Shown: one piece after another, positions 29,446 to 37,845 of the stretch
Layout: the number at the start of each line of letters is the position of its first letter
Numbering within the stretch: position 1 is the first letter of the stretch
IMG/VR virus record: IMGVR_UViG_3300036766_001364
Span: 128,001-171,975 of that record
Source: a virus
Lineage: Duplodnaviria; Heunggongvirae; Uroviricota; Caudoviricetes
Reading direction: 5' to 3' (one strand)
Length of the DNA: 43,975 nt
The notes under the pieces: generated by a model
The model's input: only the letters and a program-made list of their open reading frames with translations
The model's database searches: none
Told to the model about the DNA's origin: nothing
Translations under genes and position numbers: made by a program

Positions 29446-29867
29446 AGACCGTCGAACAGCGCGGCGACTCTGATTGCCTGATTGCGTGCCTCGCTTCGAT
29501 CCTCGAGATCGATTACGAAGACGTGTCGCAGGAGATCGCAGACGAGGATCGACAGAACGACGCGACGGTGCGTTTCCTCCAAGAACGCGGCTATCTGTCA
29601 TGGACGCTCACTCTGCACGGCGACGCGCAGCCGATGCTCCAGTTCGGGAACGCGCGGCCCGAATACCACATCCGCCCGACCGGGTACTGGATCGCCGGCG
29701 TCGGCAGCCCACGCATCAAAGACGGCACGCACGCCGTCGTCATGCGCGGAGAAACCGTCGCGTGGGACCCGCACCCGCTACGCGAGATGGGACACCTCGG
29801 GTTCCAGTCGGCCACGATCATCATGCTCGGAGACAGACACGCGGCGGAGATCGTGGGCCCGCGATGA
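29442..29867 (+). CDS. Papain-fold/C39-like cysteine peptidase
   Basis: Q....DC..AC.ASILE, HAVV and WDP (Cys-His-Asp pattern). Confidence 0.7.
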   Translation: MKTVEQRGDSDCLIACLASILEIDYEDVSQEIADEDRQNDATVRFLQERGYLSWTLTLHGDAQPMLQFGNARPEYHIRPTGYWIAGVGSPRIKDGTHAVVMRGETVAWDPHPLREMGHLGFQSATIIMLGDRHAAEIVGPR

Positions 29868-30151
29868 GGGGCGCGCGGCTGTCGGTCGTCGACGGGAAGC
29901 TCGCGATGCCGAGCGCGCCCGGCGAGTACTGCGGCCCGGTGATGGGCTACTCTGGAGACCGGCCGGCGGTGTTCTTCGTGGCGCCGAACGCTGGCGTCGG
30001 AGACGTAGCGCACGTATGCTCTCCGCCCCACGGCTTCGCGGAAGAAGCCGACGGGACGCTGACGATCTACGGGTCGATCCTCAACGCCGACAACGGCGCA
30101 GCGCCCGAGTACCACGGCTACCTCACGCACGGAGAGTGGGTGCCGGCGTGA
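29864..30151 (+). CDS. DUF6527-like protein, copy 2
   Basis: H...EE.DGTLTI.GSI....YHGYLT.GEW. Confidence 0.6.
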   Translation: MRGARLSVVDGKLAMPSAPGEYCGPVMGYSGDRPAVFFVAPNAGVGDVAHVCSPPHGFAEEADGTLTIYGSILNADNGAAPEYHGYLTHGEWVPA

Positions 30152-31116
30152 CCGACGCGGCGTCTCTGCTGGACGGGGCGATGGCGTTGAGCGACGCCCT
30201 GAAGCGCCGCGCTCAGGAGAGAGACGCCGCGCGTCGAGACGTGGAACTAGCGCTGGCGCTCTCTTGCTCGCTGCTCCGCAAGGCCTGGAGGTCGTACGAT
30301 CCCGGCCGGTTCCAGACGCCGAGGGGCGCCAGGACGCGCGTCGGCCCGCGCGGGGGCCGGTACTACTGGGCCGGCCGCGACGAGAGCGTGCGCTCGTTCG
30401 AGGCGGAGTTCCAGCGCGTGGCCGGCACGACATGGAAGGAGGCGACGTCGAAATTGCCGCCGGAGTCCCTGGAACGGGTCAGAGAGGCCGCCAGGACAGT
30501 GATGCGGTACGCGCACATCAACGAGCTCAGCGACGGGGCCGTCGCGGCCTTTGCCAGGAGGCTGTCGACCGCCTTCGACGAGATGGACGCCGGCTCGGGG
30601 TACGCGGCCACCAGGCGCAGCCGGGACGCCAACGAAGCGCTGACCGACGCCACGGAGGCGCTGTCGCAGTCGCTGCGCGGTTCGCGCGCGGACCGGGTGG
30701 TGGCGATCGACCGGGCGATGCACGCGATGCACGACAACGGGTCCCTGGCGGCGATGGTGCTCGGCGTCGGCGGCCGCTTCAACCGCGAGGGCGACGTGGT
30801 GTCGCTGCTCCTGTCGAGGCTGGCCGGCGAGGACCCGGGCGAGCGCGATTCCAGGCAGCGCGAGGCCAAGCGGCGGGGCATGGCGCGCGAGAGCGACTAT
30901 TCGCGGCGGCCCAGCGCGCGCGGCGCCGCGAGAGACCGCGCGCGTTACCGCGAGGTGCTCGCTCACGAGATGATGCCGACCGCCGAGCGCGCCGCCCACA
31001 TGCGCGCGCTGTCGCCCTACCGGCAGCGACAGGAGTCGGACTGGTACGACAGGCGACCGATGACGCTCGAAGAGGCGGAAGAGCGCGTGCGGCGGTACGA
31101 CGCCGAGCGCCGATGA
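30148..31116 (+). CDS. Hypothetical protein with LRKA and GPRGGRYY motifs
   Basis: GTGA-coupled start; helical, Arg-rich C-terminus. Confidence 0.65.
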   Translation: MTDAASLLDGAMALSDALKRRAQERDAARRDVELALALSCSLLRKAWRSYDPGRFQTPRGARTRVGPRGGRYYWAGRDESVRSFEAEFQRVAGTTWKEATSKLPPESLERVREAARTVMRYAHINELSDGAVAAFARRLSTAFDEMDAGSGYAATRRSRDANEALTDATEALSQSLRGSRADRVVAIDRAMHAMHDNGSLAAMVLGVGGRFNREGDVVSLLLSRLAGEDPGERDSRQREAKRRGMARESDYSRRPSARGAARDRARYREVLAHEMMPTAERAAHMRALSPYRQRQESDWYDRRPMTLEEAEERVRRYDAERR

Positions 31117-31356
31117 GAAAGCGATCGAACGCCGGGCGCGGACGTCGACGCGTTCCTGGACACTGCCGCGGCATGACGCCCGGGCCGCTCTTCAGGCGCG
31201 CGCTCGCGCGTAAAGCTTTAAGGCGCTGCCGATCGCCGCGTGCGGGAGACCGCCGCGATCCAAATATCCAACGGGGGCGGAAGACGCCAGCGAACCAGAG
31301 CACCGCGCAGACAGACTCGAAGCGCCACCCGAAGCCACGCTGGCCAACGGCGCCAG

Positions 31357-31553
31357 GAGCACGCGATGAGCGCACGGAGAGCACGCGGAGAGCGCACGAA
31401 TAGCCACGCGAAGAGCGCGTCAAGACCCCGACAAGAGCACGCAAAGCACGCCAGGAGCACGTGAAGAGCGCATGAATAGCACGCCAGGAGCACGCCAGGA
31501 GCGCGTGGAGAGCGCATGGAGAGCGCATGGAGAGCACGTGAATAGCACGTGAA
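31357..31553. repeat. Degenerate 11-bp tandem repeat, ~18 units, consensus (G/T)AGC(A/G)C(G/A)NNNN
   Basis: e.g. gagcacgtgaa gagcgcatgaa tagcacgccag gagcacgccag gagcgcgtgga gagcgcatgga gagcgcatgga gagcacgtgaa tagcacgtgaa. Confidence 0.9.
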
Positions 31554-32089
31554 GTTGCGCAAAGCGCCCCAGTACCTCGCTCGGTGAGCCCCAAGATCTC
31601 CGCTCCCCCGCGCTCTCTGGCATTCGCGCCTGGATCCTCTCGTGCCTTGGGATCCCGGGGACCGGTATTCGCGTGGGTCGCGTGGTCCTCGGCGCTCGAA
31701 CGCGTGGGGGTGGTCGCAGACTCGGGCGGGCTCTCGCCCTCGGACCCGGTGGTCCTGGCGGGGTCCGCCGGTCACGGGCGACGCCCGACGATATAGGATC
31801 CTGCATAGATCGCGGCCGCCGAGTTGAAAATTCCCGGGGTCTTCTCAGAAAGGACGCCGTTTCCATACCGTCTGCGGGATAAAAGCGGTCGGGAGCGCCC
31901 TCTGCGCGCGCTCTGTGGCCCGTCGGACCGCTCGAGAGCCGGCTTTCGCGGCCCGATCGCGATCGCGCGGCCCAGAAGCGCCCGCCCGAGGCCCAAGAGC
32001 GCCCGCCTGGCGCCTCGGCGGACCGCGCTTGGGAGCGCCCCGCGAATCTGGAACAGTTGTCAAGACAGGGGTAGCGGCTCGGGTCGGCG

Positions 32090-32108
32090 GCTCTTCCGCG
32101 GTAAGATG
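32090..32108 (+). promoter_or_regulatory. Isolated copy of the cassette promoter motif (no CAA leader)
   Basis: gctcttccgcggtaagat. Confidence 0.55.
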
Positions 32109-32136
32109 AAGTCACGGGCGATCGACGGAGAGGCGC

Positions 32137-32308
32137 GTGCAGAGGCCAAGGTCTAAAGAAGCGGCTCGTGCTCCGCGGCTTCAGGCCGACCGAGGCCGAC
32201 TGGGCGAGGCTCGGTGAGACGGCGGCGGTCGACAGGAGGTCGAGGTCGTGGGAGCTCGAGGCGGCGGTCCGCCGCTGCCTGGACACGCGAGAGGCCTGTA
32301 CACGGTGA
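32137..32308 (+). pseudogene. Ribbon-helix-helix-like gene, apparently frameshifted near its start
   Basis: KRLVLRGFRPTEADWARLGETAAVDRRSRSWELEAAVRRCL; the RBS-preceded GTG 32137 is in another frame. Confidence 0.4.
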
Positions 32309-32437
32309 CCTGCTACCGCGAGGACGTGGACCTGTTCGAGTCCTCTGGCGCGTTCGCCGCCGCAGCGATCCTGTCTGCCTTCGATCGACTCGCGAAATAA
32401 GCAGACGCCGAGCGTTCGCCTGAGGTATGATGAGGGC

Positions 32438-32623
32438 GTGCCGATCATAGCGACGACCTGCAAGGGCTCCAACGACGACCCGAGCGGGACGGTGTCTTCC
32501 GAAGACGCCGCGAACGCGGTCGGGCTCATCCTCGGAGCGTGCCCCCAGTGCCGTACGCTGCAGCGCGTGTATAAGGACAGAGAGGGGCGGCTCTCGATCA
32601 TGCCGCACGTCGTGCCGCAATGA
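32438..32623 (+). CDS. Small Cys/His metal-binding protein
   Basis: CKGS...CPQC...H; GTG just after GGTATGAT -10 (leaderless-like). Confidence 0.6.
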   Translation: MPIIATTCKGSNDDPSGTVSSEDAANAVGLILGACPQCRTLQRVYKDREGRLSIMPHVVPQ

Positions 32624-32739
32624 GGGCCCGGCTGACCGTCGCCCTGGCGCTCGTCGTCGCTGCGCTGGCGTCGCTCGCGCTGCTCGGGTACCTCACCGAG
32701 AAGGCCTTCGGCTACGGGGTCCGGCCGTGGGAACGGTGA
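32620..32739 (+). CDS. Small single-TM protein
   Basis: MRARLTVALALVVAALASLALLGYL; ATGA/GTGA coupling. Confidence 0.5.
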   Translation: MRARLTVALALVVAALASLALLGYLTEKAFGYGVRPWER

Positions 32740-32927
32740 GGCCGGCGCTGACCGGGGTTCGCTGGTGGCTGGCGAAGAAGATCAGCCCGTACGGCGCGAT
32801 CGCGGTCGGACTGACGATCAGGGACGGGACGCTGACGCTCCCCGTCGGCGCGAAGAAAGCCGTCGTCGAGGACTGCGCGTTCGTGAACACGGGCGTCCAT
32901 CCGCGTGGGAGCGGCGAAAAAGCGTGA
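32736..32927 (+). CDS. Hypothetical protein
   Basis: GTGA-coupled. Confidence 0.45.
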   Translation: MRPALTGVRWWLAKKISPYGAIAVGLTIRDGTLTLPVGAKKAVVEDCAFVNTGVHPRGSGEKA

Positions 32928-33150
32928 AAGACGCGAAGCGACCCGTCGCCCGCGAGAAGATCGAGCGCGGCGCGTCGGGCCAAGCGGCGAGCCGAAAGCC
33001 AGAGAAAGCCCCAAAGAGAAAGAAGAAGACGAGCCGTGGGAAATGAACGCGTGACCCCCCATCGAAGAGCGAGCGCCGTCTCGAGTCGAGGGGCCGGGAG
33101 GTTGGACGCGCCCGTCGCGCGGCGCGGCGCCCGCGGTATGATGTATCGCC

Positions 33151-33357
33151 GTGGCGAATGACAAGAAGGCCCGCGGACGCGGCAGGCGCACGGTGCTCCC
33201 CGGGGCCGTCGTGCTCGAGCGGTACGCGAACGGGCAGCCGTCGCTCTACCGGTTCAGGGGCGACCGGCTGACCAGGCGGCAGTACCACGTCTTGGTGAGG
33301 TCGCTGCAGGAGTCTGGGGACCTGCCCCCGCGCCGAGCCTGGGCCAAGAAGGCCTGA
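33151..33357 (+). CDS. Small basic hypothetical protein
   Basis: Start just after CGCGGTATGAT. Confidence 0.55.
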   Translation: MANDKKARGRGRRTVLPGAVVLERYANGQPSLYRFRGDRLTRRQYHVLVRSLQESGDLPPRRAWAKKA

Positions 33358-33399
33358 GAGAGGGTTTCAGGGAGCGGCGCCGCGCGCTACGATGTGCCC

Positions 33400-33873
33400 A
33401 TGCCGTACGCCGCGCCAGAGTCGATCACCAACGCCGATGGCTCCCTGAGCCCCATCGGCCTCGAACGCCGCTTCGCGACCCTCGAACAGGTCACGGCCGT
33501 CACGTCCGAGGCCACCGTCGCCAACCAGCGCACGATGTCGCAGCTGCTCGACGGGCAGCGCGAGTTCAAGGCAGAACAGAACGAACAGACGCGCGTGATC
33601 GCGCACATCGACAAGCAGGTCTCGGACACGAACGGCTCGGTCCGCGAGCTGAAGGGGTGGAGGGTCACCGTGGACGCGTGGATGGTCGCCGTGGACGCGT
33701 GGAAGAGCGCCGATTCGTCGATGCAGGACTACGCCAGCGGCGTCTTCGCCGGGCGCGAGCAGATCTCGAAGCGCGACAAGGCGGTCATCGGGACCGTGTT
33801 CACGGGCCTGATGGTCGGCGTGAGCGTCCTCACCACGCTGCTCCCGCACGTCGCGCGCGCGATATGGGGGTAG
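33400..33873 (+). CDS. Coiled-coil protein with C-terminal TM (XhlA-like architecture)
   Basis: TNGSVRELKGWR motif, terminal TM; ATG 6-7 nt after TACGAT. Confidence 0.65.
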   Translation: MPYAAPESITNADGSLSPIGLERRFATLEQVTAVTSEATVANQRTMSQLLDGQREFKAEQNEQTRVIAHIDKQVSDTNGSVRELKGWRVTVDAWMVAVDAWKSADSSMQDYASGVFAGREQISKRDKAVIGTVFTGLMVGVSVLTTLLPHVARAIWG

Positions 33874-33887
33874 ACCGCGAGGTCTCC

Positions 33888-34076
33888 CTAGAAGCGGAAC
33901 TCGCGCTTCTCTGACCGCAGCTCTCTCTGCAGAGCGTCGAAGGCGCGCTCGAACACCGCGTCTCTCGGGAGCTTCTCGAACAGCGGCCGCGAGGCGACGT
34001 GCGCCGCGGCGGCCCAAGCGAGCGCCTCGGCCTGCCTCCTGGTCAGCCGCACGACTACGTAGCCGTCGGCCGCCAT
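33888..34076 (-). CDS. Hypothetical protein
   Basis: Last gene of the leftward operon. Confidence 0.5.
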   Translation of the reverse strand: MAADGYVVVRLTRRQAEALAWAAAAHVASRPLFEKLPRDAVFERAFDALQRELRSEKREFRF

Positions 34077-34336
34077 CGGTCCACCCCCGCTTCGCACTCT
34101 TCGCACCAGCCTTCGGCGATCATGGAGCGCACGTAGCGCTCGGTGCCCTGCAGGAGCGCCGCGTGTCGCTCGCAGATCGCGGCGAAGCGGCCCCCGTCGC
34201 GGGGGTCGATCCCCTGGTCTTCCGCCCTGACGACGACGCGGATCCCGACTCCGTCTATGTGGGCGTGGACCCTGTAGCCGGCGTAGCGGCGGACGATCCC
34301 GCAGGCGGGATCGCTCGAAACACGGCAGGCCTTCAT
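34055..34336 (-). CDS. Hypothetical Cys-containing protein
   Basis: ATGA-coupled; C...C, C..H and WCEEC. Confidence 0.55.
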   Translation of the reverse strand: MKACRVSSDPACGIVRRYAGYRVHAHIDGVGIRVVVRAEDQGIDPRDGGRFAAICERHAALLQGTERYVRSMIAEGWCEECEAGVDRWRPTAT

Positions 34337-34497
34337 CGCGGCAGCCTTTCAGCCAGGAATTCGGACTGCTCGCGCAGCCGTTTAGCGTCGCGTGAGTGCG
34401 TGCCGTATCGCTCCCAGATGAGCCTCTCGAACTCTTCGAGGAGCGGGAGGATCTCGGTCGCCCTGGCCTTTATCTCGGCTCGGGTGGGTCCGTTCAT
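34333..34497 (-). CDS. Hypothetical helical protein (54 aa)
   Basis: MNGPTRAEIKARATEIL...; ATGA coupling. Confidence 0.55.
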   Translation of the reverse strand: MNGPTRAEIKARATEILPLLEEFERLIWERYGTHSRDAKRLREQSEFLAERLPR

Positions 34498-34622
34498 CGC
34501 GTCACGACCAATATAGGGATATCGCTTGCGACGAGCGCTTTGGCGAGGCTGGCGAGCAGCGCCACTGCCTCCATTCCGAACCTGCGCGGCTTGCGGCCCT
34601 TGCGGATGGGGATCGGGCTCAT
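34494..34622 (-). CDS. Hypothetical protein (42 aa)
   Basis: MSPIPIRKGRKPRRFGMEAV...; GGAGG RBS supplied by the minus-strand element. Confidence 0.55.
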   Translation of the reverse strand: MSPIPIRKGRKPRRFGMEAVALLASLAKALVASDIPILVVTR

Positions 34623-34670
34623 CGCGACCTCCGTGCTGTGCTGTTGTGTATAAGGATATCACGAGAGAGC
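34623..34670 (-). repeat. Cassette element 1 (minus strand)
   Basis: gctctctcgtgatatccttatacacaacagcacagcacggagg. Confidence 0.85.
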
Positions 34671-34684
34671 CGTGCGCGTCGGCC

Positions 34685-34738
34685 GCTCCGCCGTGATACG
34701 ATAGACGCAGCAACATAAAAGGGTTGGTGTCTTCATCC
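34685..34738 (+). repeat. Cassette element 2
   Basis: gctccgccgtgatacgatagacgcagcaacataaaaggg. Confidence 0.75.
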
Positions 34739-34945
34739 ATGGTCACAGACAGAGTCAAGCTCGCGACGTTCGCGCCCGACGACTACCGCGGGCGATACAA
34801 CTACATGATCGGCTACGTCGGTCAGACGGCCGTGAACGCCGACGCGCCCACGCGCCGATCGCTCGCGCGCGTCCTGGACGCGATGGGCGAAGCCGCCGAG
34901 GTCTCTCGACTGGCGGCGCTCTTTCCGTCCGAGGCTCTCCCGTGA
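34739..34945 (+). CDS. Hypothetical cassette protein
   Basis: Stop TGA lies inside element 3. Confidence 0.6.
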   Translation: MVTDRVKLATFAPDDYRGRYNYMIGYVGQTAVNADAPTRRSLARVLDAMGEAAEVSRLAALFPSEALP

Positions 34946-34991
34946 TACGATGGCCACAACAACAACAACAACAGAACACGGAGAACCCAAG
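34934..34991 (+). repeat. Cassette element 3
   Basis: gctctcccgtgatacgatggccacaacaacaacaacaacagaacacggag. Confidence 0.9.
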
Positions 34992-35156
34992 ATGCCGAAA
35001 GTCTACCACATGACCAAGCAGCGGGCGCTCGAGGGCGCGATCGAATGGCTCCAGGCCGTCCTCGACGAAGGCCACCTCGACGGCGAACAGATGAAGCGAG
35101 ACATCCTGTCTGACCTCGCCGCCTATCGGGCGGCCCGAGACCGGGGGTCGCGGTGA
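34992..35156 (+). CDS. Hypothetical cassette protein (54 aa)
   Basis: ATG after GGAG of element 3. Confidence 0.65.
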   Translation: MPKVYHMTKQRALEGAIEWLQAVLDEGHLDGEQMKRDILSDLAAYRAARDRGSR

Positions 35157-35671
35157 TGGGAGTCGACTGCAACGCCTACCTGTACCAGTCTGCCGACGCC
35201 AGGGACGTCGCCGCGGTCCTCGCCGCCCTGGCGGGGAACACGATCAAGGAAGACGCCCACGGGAACGCCGGGGGCGAAGCCGTCATCGTGCGGCGAGCGC
35301 ACATCGACGACATGCTGAGGATCGAGTTCCCGTCCCCCGCAGATCCGAAGTGTCCGACGCACGCGTGCGCGTTCTTCTTCAACGCGGACGGGCCGCGCCA
35401 CGCGTTCAGGCTCGTCATGATGCGGTCGACGGCGTTCTGGATCGCCGCGGCGCGCGGGCTCGTGGACGTCTTCGGCGGGTTCGCCGACTACTCAGACAGC
35501 GACACGTCCGAGGTCGACTACGCGCGCTTCGAGGCCAAGGTCATGGCCGCCACAGACGGCGACGCGTGGCGCGAGCGCCAGGATCGCATCTTGAGCGTGA
35601 AAGCGATCGCTCCGGCCGACCTCATGCTCTGCGAGCAGTGGGCCGCGTACAAGTCAGGAGATCTCGAATGA
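35153..35671 (+). CDS. Hypothetical protein
   Basis: MGVDC start, GLVD.FGG..DY.D motif; coupled on both sides. Confidence 0.7.
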   Translation: MMGVDCNAYLYQSADARDVAAVLAALAGNTIKEDAHGNAGGEAVIVRRAHIDDMLRIEFPSPADPKCPTHACAFFFNADGPRHAFRLVMMRSTAFWIAAARGLVDVFGGFADYSDSDTSEVDYARFEAKVMAATDGDAWRERQDRILSVKAIAPADLMLCEQWAAYKSGDLE

Positions 35672-36063
35672 CGAGGGAAGACGTGGACGACATCAGCGTG
35701 CTCGAGGACTTCATCACGCCGCCGAGCGTCGGCGGACGGTTCGGCGCGCGCGTCGACAGGAGCCTCATGTTCCGCGCCAAGGGGGGGATCTTCCAGGTGC
35801 GCATCAGGGACGACGGGCCGATCCAGTCTTCGTACGCGCTCCTCGTGCGGTGGAGCCGCGAGCGAGAAGACTGGGTCACGCTGTCGATCCGCAAGCCGTC
35901 GGAGTGGGGCCTCTGCGCGGTCGGCGGCGCCAACGGGTCGGGCAGCGCGAAGCACGACCGCGAGTTCTACAAGCCCGCCGAGGACGACCTCATCGCGCTC
36001 GCGCTCGACTTCGAGGACTCGCTCCAGGACATCGGCCGCGCCAAGCCGGCTCTCGCGCGATAA
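35668..36063 (+). CDS. Hypothetical protein
   Basis: AGGAG RBS; stop TAA lies inside element 4. Confidence 0.7.
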   Translation: MTREDVDDISVLEDFITPPSVGGRFGARVDRSLMFRAKGGIFQVRIRDDGPIQSSYALLVRWSREREDWVTLSIRKPSEWGLCAVGGANGSGSAKHDREFYKPAEDDLIALALDFEDSLQDIGRAKPALAR

Positions 36064-36096
36064 TATGGTCACAACAACAAAATAGGGAGACCAGAC
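36049..36096 (+). repeat. Cassette element 4
   Basis: gctctcgcgcgataatatggtcacaacaacaaaatagggag. Confidence 0.9.
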
Positions 36097-36327
36097 ATGC
36101 AGTTCACCGTCAGGGCCATCGCGATCGACCCGAGCACGGGTGCGATGTACCCGCCGCGCGACGAGACGATCGACACCGAGGCGAACGCGCTCTTCAGCGG
36201 CTGCTTCAGCGAGTGGGACGTCGAAGACGCGTACGAAGCGTTCTGGAACAGGCTCGACGGGTCGTGGGAAGCCGAGTTCCCGCGCGGCAAGGAGAAAGTC
36301 AAGGTCGTCAGCGTGGCGAGGCTGTGA
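36097..36327 (+). CDS. Hypothetical cassette protein
   Basis: ATG after element 4. Confidence 0.7.
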   Translation: MQFTVRAIAIDPSTGAMYPPRDETIDTEANALFSGCFSEWDVEDAYEAFWNRLDGSWEAEFPRGKEKVKVVSVARL

Positions 36328-36479
36328 CAGAGTGTCCCGTCTGCTGCCAGCGCTTCAACGACGCGCCCACGGGTCAGGACTACCGCTACCGCAGTTGGAA
36401 GCACAGCAAGTCAAAGCGTCACAAGCGGGCGCTCTCGCGCGATACAGTGGTCTCAACAACGAAACAGAGAGGTCCCATC
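36324..36479 (+). CDS. Zn-finger ORF lacking its own stop; reads through element 5 in frame into the next gene
   Basis: VTECPVCC...KHSKSKRHKR-ALSRDTVVSTTKQRGPI-MPH. Confidence 0.5.
36431..36479 (+). repeat. Cassette element 5
   Basis: gctctcgcgcgatacagtggtctcaacaacgaaacagagagg. Confidence 0.85.
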
Positions 36480-36812
36480 ATGCCACACGCCGAAGGCCGC
36501 CATTCCATCATCGACATCGAATCAGACAGCGCGTATGAGCGCGTGCTCGCCAGCGAAGCGTTCCCGGGCGGGTTCGAGGACAAGGACCCGAAGGACGTCC
36601 TCGACGCGCTGCTCGACCTGGCCTACGATTATTGCCCAGGCGCCGATTCTGTCACCTTCGACTTCCACGGCGAACTCGTAGCCGAGGGCATGGCAGTTCG
36701 GCCCGGCTACCGATTCAGCGCCGTCTTTGGGGACGGCTGCCGCGTGTCGGCCTGCAACATCCCCAAGCGCGCCATCGCGCCGCGCGACCTGGCCGCCATG
36801 GACTTGGGATAG
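36480..36812 (+). CDS. Hypothetical cassette protein
   Basis: ATG after GAGG of element 5. Confidence 0.65.
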   Translation: MPHAEGRHSIIDIESDSAYERVLASEAFPGGFEDKDPKDVLDALLDLAYDYCPGADSVTFDFHGELVAEGMAVRPGYRFSAVFGDGCRVSACNIPKRAIAPRDLAAMDLG

Positions 36813-36824
36813 GCGCTCTAACCG

Positions 36825-36874
36825 ACTCTCCCGTGATACAATGATCCCAACAACAACAGCAGGGAGCAACCCAC
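36825..36874 (+). repeat. Cassette element 6
   Basis: actctcccgtgatacaatgatcccaacaacaacagcagggag. Confidence 0.9.
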
Positions 36875-37207
36875 ATGACAACGCTTGCAGTCCGCAACGA
36901 AGCGCAGAAGATCCTCCTCGAGCGGGAGATGCTTGGCCAGATCAGCGACGGCCAGTGGGAGAACGCCCGACCGCTCGACCACTGGGAACCGTGGTGCAAC
37001 GCGACGATCATCGTCGATCCCGCGAACGTCGGCCGCGATTTCTACGCGCGCAAGGACAACTACAACCTCACCAGCAAGTACCTGCTCGACATCGTCGGAG
37101 ACCGCATGCTGGAAGCCGTCCAAGCGTCCGTGTCTGGCTACGACCGCAAGCGCATGGTCGCCGACCTGCGCGACCTCAAGGCCATCTTGAAGGCGTGGAG
37201 GGCCTGA
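36875..37207 (+). CDS. Conserved-looking phage protein (GQISDG.WEN.RP..HW..W)
   Basis: ATG after element 6; distinctive Trp motif. Confidence 0.75.
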   Translation: MTTLAVRNEAQKILLEREMLGQISDGQWENARPLDHWEPWCNATIIVDPANVGRDFYARKDNYNLTSKYLLDIVGDRMLEAVQASVSGYDRKRMVADLRDLKAILKAWRA

Positions 37208-37210
37208 CGC

Positions 37211-37477
37211 GTGGCGATCGCGTTCACGGTCCCGCCGTTCAGCGGGCCGCGCTACGGTGAGAACGCGTCCCGCTGTCGGGGCGATCAGTGGCCCTGCGCG
37301 ATCTGCGGGAGGGCGACTGAGAACGCCTCGGCGTGGGCGACCGTCGTTGACGGAGGCGCGGCCTGGGGGGACGAGTCCTCAGACGAGGAAGCGGACGGCT
37401 TCATGGGACAGTACCCGATCGGCGCAGACTGCGCCCGGCGGTACCGCATCAGGGGGATTGAGCGCGCTCTTCCGTGA
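37211..37477 (+). CDS. Zn-binding hypothetical protein
   Basis: CAICGR...PIGADCARR; stop inside element 7. Confidence 0.7.
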   Translation: MAIAFTVPPFSGPRYGENASRCRGDQWPCAICGRATENASAWATVVDGGAAWGDESSDEEADGFMGQYPIGADCARRYRIRGIERALP

Positions 37478-37509
37478 TAAGATAGATCCAACAGCAGGAG
37501 CAAAAAGCG
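37466..37509 (+). repeat. Cassette element 7
   Basis: gctcttccgtgataagatagatccaacagcaggag. Confidence 0.9.
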
Positions 37510-37845
37510 ATGCAGTACGCGATCCGGATCCGCAATAGCCACACGCACAACGTCGACATAGAGGGACCCCACCTCGACCTGCCCGACTTCGCCGTGCTCG
37601 GCTGGTACGCAGGCGACGACGAGCCGCCCTCGGCCCACATGCGGGTCGGCGTGCTGGTGTTCGACGACTTGGCAGAGGCCGAGGCCGACCGCGACGCCGT
37701 GATGGCGACGTGGTTCGCCTGCACGGCCGAGGTCCGTGTCCGTCAGCGAGGACAGATCAAGGGGGTAATCGCGATGGACCACGGACGCGCTCATCGAGAA
37801 GATCAACGAGAGCGTCCGCGGGGATCCGGTCCGGCTCTCTCGTGA
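37510..37845 (+). CDS. Hypothetical cassette protein
   Basis: Stop inside element 8; last ~24 codons look out of frame. Confidence 0.55.
   Translation: MQYAIRIRNSHTHNVDIEGPHLDLPDFAVLGWYAGDDEPPSAHMRVGVLVFDDLAEAEADRDAVMATWFACTAEVRVRQRGQIKGVIAMDHGRAHREDQRERPRGSGPALS

Noticed and set aside
31192-32156. ORFs across the 11-bp repeat region
   Set aside because: The period of 11 is not a multiple of 3, the translations are low-complexity and there are no translation signals.
34950-34991. N-terminal MATTTTTT extension of the 34992 gene
   Set aside because: It is the translated CAA leader; that ATG overlaps the -10 hexamer, and the SD points to ATG 34992.
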